Shown here in pieces: positions 43,264-56,056 of a DNA stretch of 64,000 bases (positions are counted from its first letter, which is position 1; each line of letters starts with the position of its first letter). Made by a program: the position numbers and the translations under genes. Source of the stretch: Prasinococcaceae sp. CCMP 1430. Its lineage: Eukaryota > Plantae > Prasinodermophyta. The DNA is taken from contig RQSC01000314.1 in assembly GCA_013416795.1 (NCBI GenBank), forward strand, positions 6,097 through 70,096, given 5' to 3'. The notes under the pieces are model-generated. The model searched no databases, was not told the DNA's origin, and saw only the letters and a list, made by a program, of their open reading frames with translations.

Positions 43264-43471
43264 TGCGCGCGCCCGCCGAGGAGGAGATCCAGCGACGTGC
43301 GTTCGCGCGCTCTCGCTGGGGGCGAGCGGGCGGACGGCGGCGGGGATGGGGGAGGAGGGGCACGGGTGGGGGCGCCCGCTGCGCAGCTGTGGCACGGCGC
43401 GCGCTGCCCCTGCACCGTCGACAGCGACTTATCCAAAATGCAAAAAAAAATGGTTGGCCTTACAGGCAGCG

Positions 43472-45747
43472 TCAGTGGCTCGGCGGGTCGCACAGAGCGG
43501 GGTCCTGCTGGCCGTCGTTCTTCCCAACCTGGCCCGGGTCGAGCACCGTGCGCTTCTCCGCATACTTGTCGCCGGCCACATTAGGCGTGAGCTCGATGAC
43601 CTGCGGGGGGGCGTGCGCGCGTGTAGTGCGCGGACGGGTGTGAGCTGCGGCGCTCAAGGGCCTCTCTCGATCCTTCGCTCGCTCGCTCGCTCGCTCGCTC
43701 GCGCTCGCACGCACGCGCGCGCTCGCACGCATCCACAGAGGCGGCGGGTGCTGGCACGCCTGGGCGCTCGCGCGCGGGTCGACCACAACGCACCGTGTTG
43801 AGCGGAATGGAGAGCCTCGGCGCCTCGTCGCGCGGGATGCCCGCGAAGTACGCGTACACCAGCCTCAGCACGGCCTGGTGGCCCACTATCAGCAGCGGCT
43901 CGCGGTAGGACTCCATCTCGTGCACGAGCGGCTCGAGGCGCGAGATGATGTCGAGGTACGATTCGCCGCGCGGGTAGCGATATGCGAGCTTGTCCTCCTG
44001 GCGATGCTTAAACTCGTCCGGGTAGACCTCCTCGATCTCCGCGTACGTCATGCCATCGCAGATGCCCGCATAGAGCTCGTCGAGCTGCCGGTACACGCGG
44101 TGGCTCATCTGGACCCACCCGTCTCGCAGCTTGGGGTGGGGGATGTGGGTCACGGTTTGTATGGTGCGCTGCATGCTCGAGGTCCACAGGCGCGTTCGAC
44201 GCTGCTCGCCGTCGGGTCCGTGCTGTATCTCCTCGCGCGCGAATCGCCCGAGCGCCACGGCGTATCTCCGCCCGACCTCGGTGAGCCCCGCGTCGCCGCC
44301 GATCTTGCCCGCGAGGTTGTACTCAGACTGCCCGTGGCGCGTGAGGTAGAGCGGCTTGTGGGTGGCATGGATGTTGGTCAAGAACTGCACGATGCGTCCC
44401 GGGAGGAAGCCATGGATGTTGTTGATGACCACACGCTGGCCGCTGTTGATGAGCTTTACCCACGTGAGCTCGCTCTCCTCGAGCGTGGCGTACACCTTCT
44501 CGTACTGCTCAATGCGCCGCTTGAAGTCTCTGTACGCGCTCTCTTCGGCGACCTTCTTGTAGTCCTGATTGTTCACCTTGGACATCCAGATGTTGTTCTT
44601 GACCGTGAGTTTGTCGTCACAGTAGCTTTCGACAAAGATGAGCTTCACAGGGAGGCCGTCTAGCTGGTCACTGATCCACTTGCGCCTCTCGCGCGTTGAG
44701 TTGGTGGCGTCAAAGATACCGATGCGCCCCGAGGCGACATTCTTCCTAGCCAGCCCCTTTATGCCGCTCTCCTGGAAAAGGAAGTCAATCATGTCCTTCA
44801 TTGCGCAGCGCGCGCACTCAGCACGTTTCGCAACGCCGTCGGGGTTGTCCGGGCTGAAGAAGCTCGCCTGCGCCTCCGGGCCGTACAGTTTGCGCCGATA
44901 GTCGCCGAGATTGAAGACCTGGCCAGCGTCCAAGAGGCGTCAGCACGCGCGGCACGCAAGCGCGTAGCGCGCGGCTCAATGCCCGCGCACTGTCCCGCGC
45001 TAAGCACTCGTGCCACCCCCTCGCGACGCTTACCTTCACGACTGCTCCATGAAAGAAACTCAGGTAGTGCGAGAGCTTCTGCGCCATGTATGACTTGCCG
45101 CGCGCAGGGAGGCCTACCATTGCGAGCACGTGCTTCTCACCGAGATCCTGCTTCTGCTCGGAGCCGCTGCTCACGTGCGGCGTGGGATTCTCCGGCGGCG
45201 TCGCCCCTGTAGGAAAGCCGCTAAAGGACGACTGGCGGCGGTGCTGGCCCTGAAGCGCGCGCTCGCGCTGCGCCCCCTTGATCGGCACGCTTCCAACCTT
45301 TGTCGCGGGCTCGCCCGCGGATCCGTGCTCCGACAAATGGTCGGCCGCGGCACTAGCGGGAAAAGCCTCGTCGGCCGCGGGCGCCACGGGCTCCCGCGTC
45401 CCTGGACGGGCGCCCGGCTGCACGCCGTCCACGTCCTCGTGCGTGAGCGCCGCGAACGACTTGTTGAGCGCACCCGGCGGCGCCTTGGCCAACAACGTGG
45501 GTGTCGTGTTTGTGGAGACTTCCTGCGTGCCGCCCGGCGCGCCCGCCTTGGCGACCCCTGCTCCACCTCTGCGCGAGGGCGGCTCAGCTAAAGGCGCATC
45601 CGGCAGCATCACTGTCAGACCGACACCGCCATCGCCCATGCCCTGCCGTTGCTCCTGCTGCTGCCCCTGCCCATGCTGCTCCTGTTGCTCCCGGTCTTGC
45701 TGCTGCTTCAGGGGCGCCTCGACGCCGCTGTTCACACCCGCATCGCC
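43472..45747 (-). CDS. F2KP: 6-phosphofructo-2-kinase/fructose-2,6-bisphosphatase; exons 45747-45034, 44918-43794, 43600-43472
   Basis: MVGLPARGKS, VFNLGDYRR, FDATNSTRERR, LTRHGQS, YPRGESYLD, GHQAVLR; canonical introns. Confidence 0.93.
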
Positions 45748-46201
45748 CGAGCGTTTCTCGCGGCGCAGGATTGAGTCGCCCACGAGATCCTCGATCATAC
45801 CGTCCATGGTGGGGCGCGCCTCCCTCGCGCCGCGCCCGCGCGAGCACGCGTCCCAGCGCCGCGCTGTGGCGCGCGCGCTCTGAGGCGGCGGCGCGAGCGC
45901 GCTCACGCCCGCGCGCCGTGTCGCGGATATTCTCTTCCCGTGCGGAATCCAAGTGCTTATCGTTTGGATTCAAAGACATCATATTGAAGAATGATGTGTC
46001 TAGGATTCCAAATAATCGCTTCTAAATGCAGATACGAAGGGGGATTCCGCGTCGCCCTCTCTCCTTCGAGATAAACAGCCGGGGCGAGCGTGTGGCGTGT
46101 CCCGCTGCGGCGGCTGTCCTTAAGAAGTGTATCTTACTCATCGTACAGCCGCGTCTCCCCACGGAGGAGGGCGGGCGAGGGGGGAGGGCGGGAGCGGGCG
46201 C

Positions 46202-48340
46202 TCACAGGCCCAGGATGTCATCCACGGCGCTTGCTCTGCGCGGCGCTGGCGCGCCCGAGTTGCTGGCCGCCTCTTGCGTGCCCAGCCCGTCGAATTGTGT
46301 GGCGAGGTCGGCGAAAGGGTCTATCACCGCCGCCGCGGCGGCCGGCGCGCCCGCTCTCGCACTCCTGCGTGGTGGTGGCGACAACACGGGCATGGGTGTT
46401 GGCATCGCCGCGGGCGTCGTGCTGGCGCTGGCGCTGGCGCTAGCACCGCGACCACCGCCACTGCCAATGCCACCGCCACTTCCATGCGCGGATGAGCCGC
46501 TCGGCTTGCGCGCAGCGCTGCGGCCGCTGTCGGCTGCGATGAACGGGTTCTTCGCAAGAGAGGGCGAGCGGGTAGAGGTGGGCGGCACCCGCGCCTGTGG
46601 CACTTGTGCCGTACGATGCACGTGCGACTGAGCTGGCGCCTGCCCGTTCTGGCGGCTGTTTGCGGGCAGCTCGAGCGATGTGGGCTGCTGTGTCGTTGCT
46701 GGCGTCGGCTCGGGCGCTCTGGGGATGGATGCCAGCACAGGCGCGCCCTGTTGAAAGTGGCTGACGCCACGGCTCCCGATGCCGTTGCGGCTCCCGCCGC
46801 CGCCGCTCGTGCGCGCCTGGGGATATTGCGAGTGCGCCGCCGCCACAGTGGCGGGCGCAGCTCGCGGCGCAGCCGCAGCAGGTGTCGCCATCGCAGTGCC
46901 CGCCGTCGCCGTGGCATGCATCTGTCGCCTGCGCGCCTGCAGCGACGGCGACAGCTCGGCAAGCTGCGTGACGATGCCATTGTTTGCTACCGCTTGCGCA
47001 CGGGGCTGCTGATGTTGTGGTCGTGCCTGCGGTTGCGGTCGCTGCTGCGCCCCCGCGTCACCGCCGCCCCCTCTGTGGCTCATCTGCAGAGCGTGCAAGA
47101 GCTCGTTGTGCCGCGTGAGCACGCCTTGCAGCGCGTCGTTGAGCGAAAGCGCCTCACACATGATCTCATCGTGCTCGACTCCTTCGACCAGACTCATCAC
47201 CCTCGGCTGCATCTGTTCACACTGGTCGGCGAGCTCCACAACAATGTCGTCCAAAACGCCCTCGGGGCTGCGCACCTCGTCGATGCTCGCCAGCATATCC
47301 GCGAGCACGGCCACTGAGTTGCGCGCGACGCTCAGCTCATCCTTGAGCTTGGCCACAGCCTCGGGCGTTGATGTGTCGACGTGCGCGGCTTGGAAGCGTC
47401 CCCGCGCCCGCTCCTGCTCGTGGACGTGCATCTCGTGCTGCGCGACGGCCACGGGCGGCCCGACTTGGATTGAGTGCGACGCACTCGGGTCGAAATACTG
47501 CTGGGTTTGGCCCATGTGCTGCACATGTCCGGGCGGAAGCGCCGCCACCTGCGCGTAGATGGGTATGACGCTGCTGGCTCCGACGCCCGGCACCTGGGCA
47601 TACTGCACACCGTTCGCGTGCACCACCCGGGCGGGGTGATGGTTCACGGCGTTTCCCATGACCTGCGCGTCGAGCTCCGCCTGGGCCGCGGCGATGGCGG
47701 CCAAATCGTCCTCGGTGACCTGTTGCTCGGGCCCGCCAAGCGCGCTTGCGCGCGCCGCCTGCCCGGCCACGCGCGTCGGCTGCGCCGCGAACGCGCTGCC
47801 GCTGGCGCCGACGGTGCCCGCCACGGGTGGGAAGCGAAAGCCGTTGCGCACCATAGACTGGTAGCACGTGGCGTACGCGGCCATCATGCCGCTCACGCCC
47901 GCAAACGCGATTCCCCATTCCTGTATGAGCTCGAGGCAGCGCTCGCGCACGACCGGGTCCGTCGCGCGGCCACCAGCGACGCGCGTCATCTCCTGCAGCA
48001 CGTCCTTGCGCGCCACCATCAGGTGCAGCTGCGCCCCGCAGTTCTTCATGAGCGCCGAGAGCAGTTCGAGCGCGAGCAGCTGCACGTGCGGCGCAGACGC
48101 TGCCCCCATGCGTGCGCGCACGGCTTTCACCACCGACTTGCCGTGCTCGTCCCAGCCCTGGTTCACCGTGTCGACAACGTCCATCATGAGCGCCCAGTCC
48201 GCGGCCGGCAGGGAGGCTTCCGTCGCCTTGCCGACCAGCGCGGCGCCCAGACCCGCCGCCGCGCCGCCGCGCCCGCGCCCGAACACCATCTCGTCCGCCC
48301 GCTCCTCGCGGCGGAGCATGAGCCTGGGAGCGGAGCCCAT
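46202..48340 (-). CDS. TOL: TOM1-like (VHS + GAT) ubiquitin-sorting adaptor
   Basis: VHS (KATEASL..DWALMMDVVD, QLLALELLSALMKNCG), GAT (VELADQC..EALSLNDALQGVL), C-terminal NPF and DPF motifs. Confidence 0.88.
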   Translation of the reverse strand: MGSAPRLMLRREERADEMVFGRGRGGAAAGLGAALVGKATEASLPAADWALMMDVVDTVNQGWDEHGKSVVKAVRARMGAASAPHVQLLALELLSALMKNCGAQLHLMVARKDVLQEMTRVAGGRATDPVVRERCLELIQEWGIAFAGVSGMMAAYATCYQSMVRNGFRFPPVAGTVGASGSAFAAQPTRVAGQAARASALGGPEQQVTEDDLAAIAAAQAELDAQVMGNAVNHHPARVVHANGVQYAQVPGVGASSVIPIYAQVAALPPGHVQHMGQTQQYFDPSASHSIQVGPPVAVAQHEMHVHEQERARGRFQAAHVDTSTPEAVAKLKDELSVARNSVAVLADMLASIDEVRSPEGVLDDIVVELADQCEQMQPRVMSLVEGVEHDEIMCEALSLNDALQGVLTRHNELLHALQMSHRGGGGDAGAQQRPQPQARPQHQQPRAQAVANNGIVTQLAELSPSLQARRRQMHATATAGTAMATPAAAAPRAAPATVAAAHSQYPQARTSGGGGSRNGIGSRGVSHFQQGAPVLASIPRAPEPTPATTQQPTSLELPANSRQNGQAPAQSHVHRTAQVPQARVPPTSTRSPSLAKNPFIAADSGRSAARKPSGSSAHGSGGGIGSGGGRGASASASASTTPAAMPTPMPVLSPPPRRSARAGAPAAAAAVIDPFADLATQFDGLGTQEAASNSGAPAPRRASAVDDILGL

Positions 48341-48673
48341 CGAAGCAGCCACGACGCCCTCCGCAACCTCCTCCCCGCCCCGCCCACCTGCCCCGCCAGC
48401 AGCGCCGCACCCGCGGCGCCACGCGCGCGAAAAACTCGCCCCCGAATTGGATTCCATCACCCATGCAATCACACATTCAATACTCACAAGGATTCCAAAC
48501 TAATCCTATTCTGGCGCGGTATCACATTGAATCCCCTGGGCGCGCGCGGCGCTCGCGCCCGCTCGCGCGCGATATGTGGGTTCCTTATTCGTTCCATTTC
48601 ATAAAAATGCATTCAATTGGTTTATGGATTCCACAATAGAAGGATTTTGTTGCGGTATCGCGGTTGAATCCGC

Positions 48674-50196
48674 ATGCGTATCTCCGGCGGAGCGGGTTTA
48701 GGGTGTGTGCGGGGCTGTGGTCGCGCCACAGCGGCGCGCGCGGGGGCGTGCGGGGTGCGGGCACTGGCCAGATTGCAGCGTCTCAATGAAGGAGCGGTTT
48801 GCGGGGTCCTCACGCGCGCGCGGCCGTCGTGCCGGCCGCTGCGGCGGGCGGCATCGCCGACAACGTGACCGAGCTCGTCGGCAAGACGCCGATGGTGTAC
48901 CTCAAGGCGGTCACCGAGGGCTGCGGCGCGGCAGTCGCCGCCAAACTTGAGATCATGGAGCCGTGCTCGAGCGTCAAGGTGCGCTCACTGCTCCGCGCAC
49001 ACGCGAGCAAAGGGGCTCGCGCGCGTGTGCAGCGCCCCTCGCTCGCTCCTCGCGTGCTGCTGGGCGCGCATGGTTTTTTTGTGCGTGTGCGGAGGGATCC
49101 GCCTGCGGGAACGAGCCTCGGCCCGGTGGGCCTGCCACGCGCGAGTGCTAACGCGGATGCGCTCCTGCCTACACGCCCCTCAACTTCCTTGCTCGCCGCC
49201 TCCCACCTGTGCTGTGTGCCCACGCCCTCGCCCGCTCTCTCTCTCTCTCTCTCGCGCGCGCTCGCGCGGGCAGGATCGCATCGGCCTCGCGATGATTGCC
49301 GACGCCGAGGAGTCGGGCGCGATCTCGCCCGGCAAGGCGACGCTCGTCGAGCCGACCTCGGGCAATACAGGCATCGGACTCGCGTTCGTTGCGGCCGCCA
49401 AAGGCTACCGGCTGGTGCTCACGATGCCGGCATCGATGTCGCTCGAGCGGCGCACGCTTCTCAAGGCCTTCGGCGCTGACCTGGTCCTCACAGACCCGGC
49501 GCTGGGGATGAAGGGGGCCGTCAACAAGGCGGAGGAGATCGTTCGCCAGGTGCCCGACTCGTACATGCTCCAGCAGTTCGAGAACCCCGCCAACCCGCGG
49601 GTGCACTACGAGACAACAGGCCCGGAGATGTGGGAGTCCACCGGCGGCCAGATTGACATCCTTGTGGCGGGCGTGGGCACCGGCGGCACCATCAGCGGCG
49701 CGGGCAAGTACCTCAAGGAGAGGAACCCCAACGTCAAGGTACAGGATGCGCGTGCGCCACGCGTGCGCGCGCGCTGCGTGCGTATGACTCGCTAGCGCCC
49801 GCTCCACGCTGACGCGATGCCCACCCCGCGCAGGTGATTGCCATCGAGCCCGCGGAGAGCGCCGTGCTCAGCGGCGGAGTGCCCGGCCCGCACAAGATCC
49901 AAGGCATTGGGGCGGGCTTCGTGCCGGGGAACCTGGACGTCGACCTGCTTGACGAGGTGGTGCAGGTGGCCTCTGACGACGCCGTGGCCATGGCGCGCCG
50001 CCTGGCGATCGAGGAGGGGCTGCTCTGTGGCATCAGCAGTGGCGCAGCTGCGCACGCCGCGCGCACCATTGCGAGCCGCCCTGAGAACGCCGGCAAGCTC
50101 ATTGTGACCGTGCTCCCATCCTTCGGCGAGCGCTACCTGTCGAGCGTGCTCTTCAACGACCTGCGAAACGAGGTTGAGACCATGGAGGTGCAGTAG
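48674..50196 (+). CDS. OASTL: Cysteine synthase / O-acetylserine (thiol) lyase; introns 48979-49273 and 49739-49833; transit peptide frame-broken
   Basis: [20 protein letters not shown]|[44 protein letters not shown]. Confidence 0.95.
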
Positions 50197-50306
50197 CGCG
50201 GTGCGACACGCGCGTGCGCGGTGACGCGATCTCGGTCGCAGCTGCAGGATAAATGGCCAGAGAATCGTTTCTGTACTGGCTCCTTGGAGAGCGAACGCGC
50301 AGCGCG

Positions 50307-51418
50307 TCAAACACCTGCGTCGTAGCTCGATCGAAGCAACACGTCGCTCACGTCGACCCTCCGCGGCGCGGCCAGCGCATGCACGACCGCATCAGCAACA
50401 TCCTCCGCCTGCAGGACCTCATAGCGCGAATACCGTTGCTTCGCAATCTTGGGATCATCATAGAATGTGCGCACGAAATCTGGGCGGCGGGGCACTCCTG
50501 TCAGCGCTGCACGTGCATCTGGCGTGCGCGACAAGCGGGTGCAGTCTTTGCCAACGGCGCGTTGTTGGGTCCAAGGCCACTGATAACGTACCTGTCTCCA
50601 CCAAGCCCGGACTGACGCACGTCACGCGGAGGTCTAGGTCAGCAGCGCGTGCCTCCTGGCGGAGGCCTTCTGCCAGCGCTCGCACAGCGTACTTTGATGC
50701 GCAATACATGCCAGCCGTATTCCCCGGGCCTGGCACACGATGCCCTGACAGGCTGCCAAGCATGATCACGTGACCCGCGGGAAGCGGCTCTTCGCCATTC
50801 GCGTCGCTGTGCGCTTCGCGCTGTGCCGCACGCTCCCGCATGTGAGAGGTGGCGTGTTTGGTGACGACCGCCAGCCCGAGGACGTTGGTTTCGAGCGTGC
50901 GCTTCCACGCGGAGATTGTGCGAGCGTCCGCTCCGCCAGGCTTCCGACTGCCCTCGGGCTCCTCCCCCAGCAATGGCCCCTGCTTGCCCAGCCCCGCAGC
51001 ATTCACTAGGACCGAGACCTTGCCCGGCATCGAGGCGAACAGGTCAGCAACCGACGAAGGGTCGGTCACGTCCAGCGAGCGCGCCTCGAAGTTGTGCGGG
51101 TGGGCCTCTTCGAGGCCAATCATGCCATCGGCGCGGCGCGCGGCGCCCACGACGTTCATTCCAGCGGCGCACAGCCGCGCGGCAACCTCGCGCCCAATGC
51201 CGCTGCTGGCGCCGGTCACCAGCGCGACCTCACCGCGCCAGCGCTCGAGCCCGGGTGGGACGGCCGCGGTCGCCGCGTCGTGCTGCGCGCGAGCCGTCTA
51301 CCAGCAACAGGCACGAGGGGGCGTGCGTGGCGCGGGCGGGGAAAGCGCGGCGAACGCCGCCGCGTGAGCGCGGGCGCGGCGGGTGCGCCGGCGCCCTCAG
51401 CCGAGCCGCCGCCTCCAT
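50307..51418 (-). CDS. Short-chain dehydrogenase/reductase (DHRS11-like); intron 50591-50498
   Basis: ERWRGEVALVTGASSGIG, VNAAG, YCASK, VSPGLVET, LQAEDVADAVVHAL. Confidence 0.88.
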
Positions 51419-51837
51419 GGCGCACACTAACTCCCTCGCACTCCAATCCCCCCTCCCCCTCTCCCCCTCCTCCCGTGCTCGCACACGCGTCTGGCGGACC
51501 TGCTGCGCACGCACGCGCCCGCGTGCCCCCACGCGGCACTCGCGCGGCGCGCGCACGTGTGCACAGGCGAACGCGCGTACGCGCACTGAAAATACAAACC
51601 CTCTTTAAAACCCCATTCCTGCGAAGAAAGAGTTTTGCACTTGATTGACGCGTACTGATGGTACCATCCTGATGGTACACACGAACGTAACCGTAACCCA
51701 AAACCCTCTTTTATCTTTTTTCTTTTTGTTTTTGTTTTTGCGCGCGCTTTTCTCGCCACGCGCGCGCGGCGGCACAGCGCGCGCGAGGGGCGGCGGCTGC
51801 GGGAGCGCGGGGCTGCTGCCTCGGGAGTCCCTGGGGG

Positions 51838-52589
51838 ATGGCGGCGGCGCGCGGGCTCAGCGTGCGGCGGGCGGTGCGGGCGCAGGCGGCGCGGCACCCG
51901 GGGAGGGCAAGGCGGGCGCGGCGGAGGAGGGCGCGGACGAGGCCGACGCCAAGGACAAGGATGGGGCCAAAAAGAAGCCCGCATTTGAGTCCGACTTTGA
52001 CCTGAGCGAAACGCCGATCCCCGTCGACGACCGCGGCGACAAGCATGCCATTTTGTACGACTTCGCCATCGGTCTGCCGTACGGCGCCGCGGTTCTCGCG
52101 ATCTCCGTCCACACGGAAAACATCCTGCTCTCTGTGCTCGGCGGGTACGTGATTGATCAGCGGCAATGCGCGTGCCTCTCACGCCGCTTGCGGCTCTCCT
52201 GAGGATCGTCGCTGACATGAATGTACCGGCCCGCCGCACCCGCTCACCCACGCACGAACAGATTCAGCGCCTATGTGGCCTCTCTGTGCGTCAAAGCGTG
52301 GAAGCGCTCGCCGATACTCACCCGCGGCTACACGCTCGCGCAGATAGCGCTCACTGGCGGCACGGCGCTATGGTGCGCGCGCATGTGGCAAGCTGCGCGC
52401 GGCACCGCAACGTCTTGGTTCTCGTCGTACCCGTGGGAGCCCGTTGCATGGCTGGCGGCAGCCGCGTGTGCGTACCACGTATACGTCATCTTCTCGGGTG
52501 GCAACCCGCCGCACAAGTACGACCGCCTCGGCGTCAACTTCAAGCCAACCAAGGAGGACCTCGAGGAGGAATACGCGCTCGACTGGTAG
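51838..52589 (+). CDS. FAX: FAX/TMEM14 family plastid fatty-acid export protein; intron 52145-52261
   Basis: YDFAIGLPYG and terminal SGGNPP motifs typical of FAX1-like proteins. The transit-like ATG at 51838 is out of frame. Confidence 0.75.
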
Positions 52590-52898
52590 CGCTTCGGCGT
52601 CGCTAGAGATGTAAGTAGAAGCCTATCGCACACGTTGCTCCCAGGGTGCGCGCCAACGCGGGCATCGCGCGCGCGTCTCGTTTCCTTGGTACCAATCGCA
52701 CAACGCCCAAGCCCGCCATAAGGCCCGCATGACTTACTTGTGGTAATGCCAGAGCGCGGCGCGCGCATCCCACGCGCTCGCGTCACGTCGCCCCTGCGCC
52801 AAACACAACACACAACACGTCGCTTGGCCTCCTCCTCGCGTGCCGTCCTAGCCACCAACCCCGTGCGTGCCTGTGAAGCCGGTGCGAGCCTCCCGTGA

Positions 52899-54500
52899 TT
52901 AGGCGGACGGCGCAGACGCCTCGACCCTGCCATCTCCGGACGCAGCGGAAGCGGCGGCGGCCGCAGCGGCGGCAGAGCCCTTCCACTCGGTAGGGGAAGG
53001 CGGCAGCGCCTGAGTGTCGGCGGCGGGTGCGGTGGGGATTGGCGCTGCTGCGATGGGTATCGGATGCGTCGCTGACGCGTCGCCCGCCACCGCATGCAGC
53101 TGCGCCTCGGCACCGTCCGCAGCGCCTGCGTCGCCTGCCGGCTGCACCGCCTGTGCCGCCTGGACCGCGTGGGCGGCCTGCACCACCTGCGCCTGCGCTG
53201 CCTGCACCTGCGCCTGCGCCGCCTGCATTGCTTGTGCCGCCTGCGCCGCCTGCGCGCCCGCAACGCCACCCATCGCGCTCATAGCCTCGAGCTGCGCCAT
53301 CGCTTGCGCTTGCGCCGCCCCCTGATGCGCGTACATCTCGGCGCCGGGCACGTGCGGCCACACCATACCGTAGTGCGAACCCGCCACGCCGCCGTACGGG
53401 AGCGCCGCTGCGTGCGCCGCCGATATCGCTGGCATGTTCGCAGCCATGGCCATGCCGGGGCCCACGAAGAGGCCCTCCCGCGTGTATCCCATCGGCGCCA
53501 TTGCCATCGGGTGCGCGCCGTACCCCGTGTAGGGGTACGCGCCGCCGTGCATGCCGTACATACCCCCGTACCCGCGTGCGTGCGTGTGCGGCGCTAGCGT
53601 GAGCGTGCGCCCGCCGTACGACAACGCCCCGCGCGCGAGTGCCGCCTTGCAGGCCGAGGCCGCCGCCCCCGACCGATAGATGATGTGCGCCCCGCCGCGA
53701 GCAGCCCCCGTGGCGTGCTGCACGAACATGCGCACGTGGCGCACCTGCCCGAACTGCGCCGTGAGCTCACGCAGCCCCGCCTCGGTGGCGTCGGGCGGCA
53801 GGCCCTCCAGCGCCACGCGTCGGCCGTCGCCGTCGTTGTAGCCCCCCCCCTTGCCGTGCGGGCCCGCCTGCGAGCCCGGCCCCCCGCTGCCGCCTGCCCC
53901 GCTGCCGCCGGCACTGCGCACGGCCTTCGAAATGTTGAGCGTGCGCCCGGCGAACGGGACGAAGCCGCCGTCGCGCGCGGCCTGCGCGGCCGTGGCGTCG
54001 CGAAAGAGCACGAAGCCGTAGCCCTTGAACTTCATGGAGGAGTTGTCGTAAATGAACTTCACCTCCGACACGGGCCCGTACGTGTCCGACAGGAACTTCC
54101 CCAGCTCGGCCTCGGTGCTCGCGTAAGGGATGCCGCCCACGAACACACGCCGGTCGCCGCGCGCGTGCGACAGCGCGGGCGCTTCGGCGCTCCCATCGGC
54201 GCCAACTCCCGCGCCCGCTGCGGCCTGGTCCCGGCCGTCAAGCGCCTCGGCCGGCGGCGTCACCGGCGCGAGCGCCGGGTCGGACGCATCGGCCTGCGGC
54301 CCCGCCCCGGTCTGCGCGGTGCCGGCAGTGTGATCGCCGCCGGTACTGACCTCCTGCGCGCCCGCGCGCGGCTCGGCGTCCGCGCCCTTGCGAGGCCCCG
54401 TGCCGGCCGCGTCTTCGGCGGGCACGCTCGAGCCAAGCTTCAGTGCGCCCAGGCCTTCCGCGGCCGCGTCCGCGGCCGCAGCGGGCAGGCCCGTCGTCAT
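52899..54500 (-). CDS. RNA-binding protein with two RRMs and a Tyr/Gly/Met- and Ala/Gln-rich tail
   Basis: RNP2 VFVGGI, RNP1 KGYGFVLF; second RRM VALEGLPPDATEAGLRELTAQFGQV. Confidence 0.88.
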   Translation of the reverse strand: MTTGLPAAAADAAAEGLGALKLGSSVPAEDAAGTGPRKGADAEPRAGAQEVSTGGDHTAGTAQTGAGPQADASDPALAPVTPPAEALDGRDQAAAGAGVGADGSAEAPALSHARGDRRVFVGGIPYASTEAELGKFLSDTYGPVSEVKFIYDNSSMKFKGYGFVLFRDATAAQAARDGGFVPFAGRTLNISKAVRSAGGSGAGGSGGPGSQAGPHGKGGGYNDGDGRRVALEGLPPDATEAGLRELTAQFGQVRHVRMFVQHATGAARGGAHIIYRSGAAASACKAALARGALSYGGRTLTLAPHTHARGYGGMYGMHGGAYPYTGYGAHPMAMAPMGYTREGLFVGPGMAMAANMPAISAAHAAALPYGGVAGSHYGMVWPHVPGAEMYAHQGAAQAQAMAQLEAMSAMGGVAGAQAAQAAQAMQAAQAQVQAAQAQVVQAAHAVQAAQAVQPAGDAGAADGAEAQLHAVAGDASATHPIPIAAAPIPTAPAADTQALPPSPTEWKGSAAAAAAAASAASGDGRVEASAPSA

Positions 54501-54670
54501 CGCGCCCCCTTCCTCTGACCGCGCGAGCACCCGCGCGGCCCGACCTCCTCGCGCGCGCGCGTGCGCGTGCGCGCGTTCTTTGGCCGTGCGTCCGGAGACG
54601 ACGCGCGAGACGACGCAAACCCTCCTGTTGGTGCGAGCACGGGCGCGGCGCGCACAATTGGCAGTCGGCG

Positions 54671-55662
54671 TCAGCGACGGTCGAGAGCGCCCGGGCGAGC
54701 GCGCGCGGCGCGACGAGGCGCGCAGCGATTCGCGCGCTCGCTCGCGACGGCGGGCCCCGCGGGCGACGCAATCGGGCGATCGCGCGAAGGGGAGGCGAGG
54801 GCCGCGCCCAGCCGCATGTCCTGCTCGGCGCACGCGCGCTCCCACTCGTAGAGCCTGTCCGTGATAGCAGCGGCCGGATCCATCCGGATCTTTGTCGCGG
54901 CCGGAGGCGGCGCGCCAACGACGTGCGACTCACGCGCATGCGCGTCACCACGCGCATTTGCCTGCGGCGCGTGCCGACCCTGTCCGCTGGGTGCCGTGCG
55001 CGCAGCAGCACGAGGTGTGCCGCCTTGGGCGCCGGCCTTTCCGGCGAGTTTTGGGAGCGCGAGGCGCGTGTCGAACCGCACGGGCCGCCACTGCGGGCGC
55101 GCCGCGCGGCGCGCCTCCTCGCGCGCCTCGGCGAGTTCGAGCTTTCGCGATATCGCACTAAAGGACGCGCCCGCGCGGCAGCCGCGCACGCGCTGCCGCG
55201 ACATGGCGACCTGCGCGCGCAGGGCGCGATGACCCTCGCGCAGCACGCCGGGCTCGTCGGCAGCGCCAGCGGCGTCTGTACCCACCTCGCCCTGTGCGCC
55301 GTGTGGCGGCGATGTGTCGGCATTTGAGCGGCGGCCTACGGTGGACGACAGCCCGCCGGCGGCGCCCGCACCGGCCCCCGCCGCGCCGCCTCCCACTGCG
55401 CCACCGGCATACGCGCTGCCAACGCCGCCGAGGCTGAGCGCATGGGCGCCCCCCCCCCCTGCGGCTGCGGCGCTCAGCAGGGGCGGCGGCTCCAGTTTCT
55501 CGCGTTCAAGGTCGGGCTGCCCCAGCGGTTGGTACGGCTTGTGACGTTCCGACGCCCACCCGCACTTGAAGGGCGCGGCGGCTGCGCTGGCGCGGCCAGG
55601 TGCTGAGAGGCCCGCGGCGCCCGCGGCGGGCCCCGTGGCCGCTGCAGTGCGGCGGCCGACCA
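54671..55662 (-). CDS. Hypothetical protein; 5' part interrupted by the gap
   Basis: Open frame from the gap to the stop at 54671 with coding-like segments (AITDRLYEWERA). No family recognised. Confidence 0.4.
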
Positions 55663-55964
55663 NNNNNNNNNNNNNNNNNNNNNNNNNNNNNNNNNNNNNN
55701 NNNNNNNNNNNNNNNNNNNNNNNNNNNNNNNNNNNNNNNNNNNNNNNNNNNNNNNNNNNNNNNNNNNNNNNNNNNNNNNNNNNNNNNNNNNNNNNNNNNN
55801 NNNNNNNNNNNNNNNNNNNNNNNNNNNNNNNNNNNNNNNNNNNNNNNNNNNNNNNNNNNNNNNNNNNNNNNNNNNNNNNNNNNNNNNNNNNNNNNNNNNN
55901 NNNNNNNNNNNNNNNNNNNNNNNNNNNNNNNNNNNNNNNNNNNNNNNNNNNNNNNNNNNNNNNN
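55663..55964. other. Assembly gap
   Basis: Run of N. Confidence 1.

Positions 55965-56056
<92 letters not shown>
55965..56056. repeat. (CA)n microsatellite
   Basis: About 45 CA units with one TA variant. Confidence 0.95.

Noticed and set aside
45034-45747. Novel domain in the long F2KP N-terminal extension
   Set aside because: Low-complexity Q/P/A sequence with no recognisable CBM20 or other motif.
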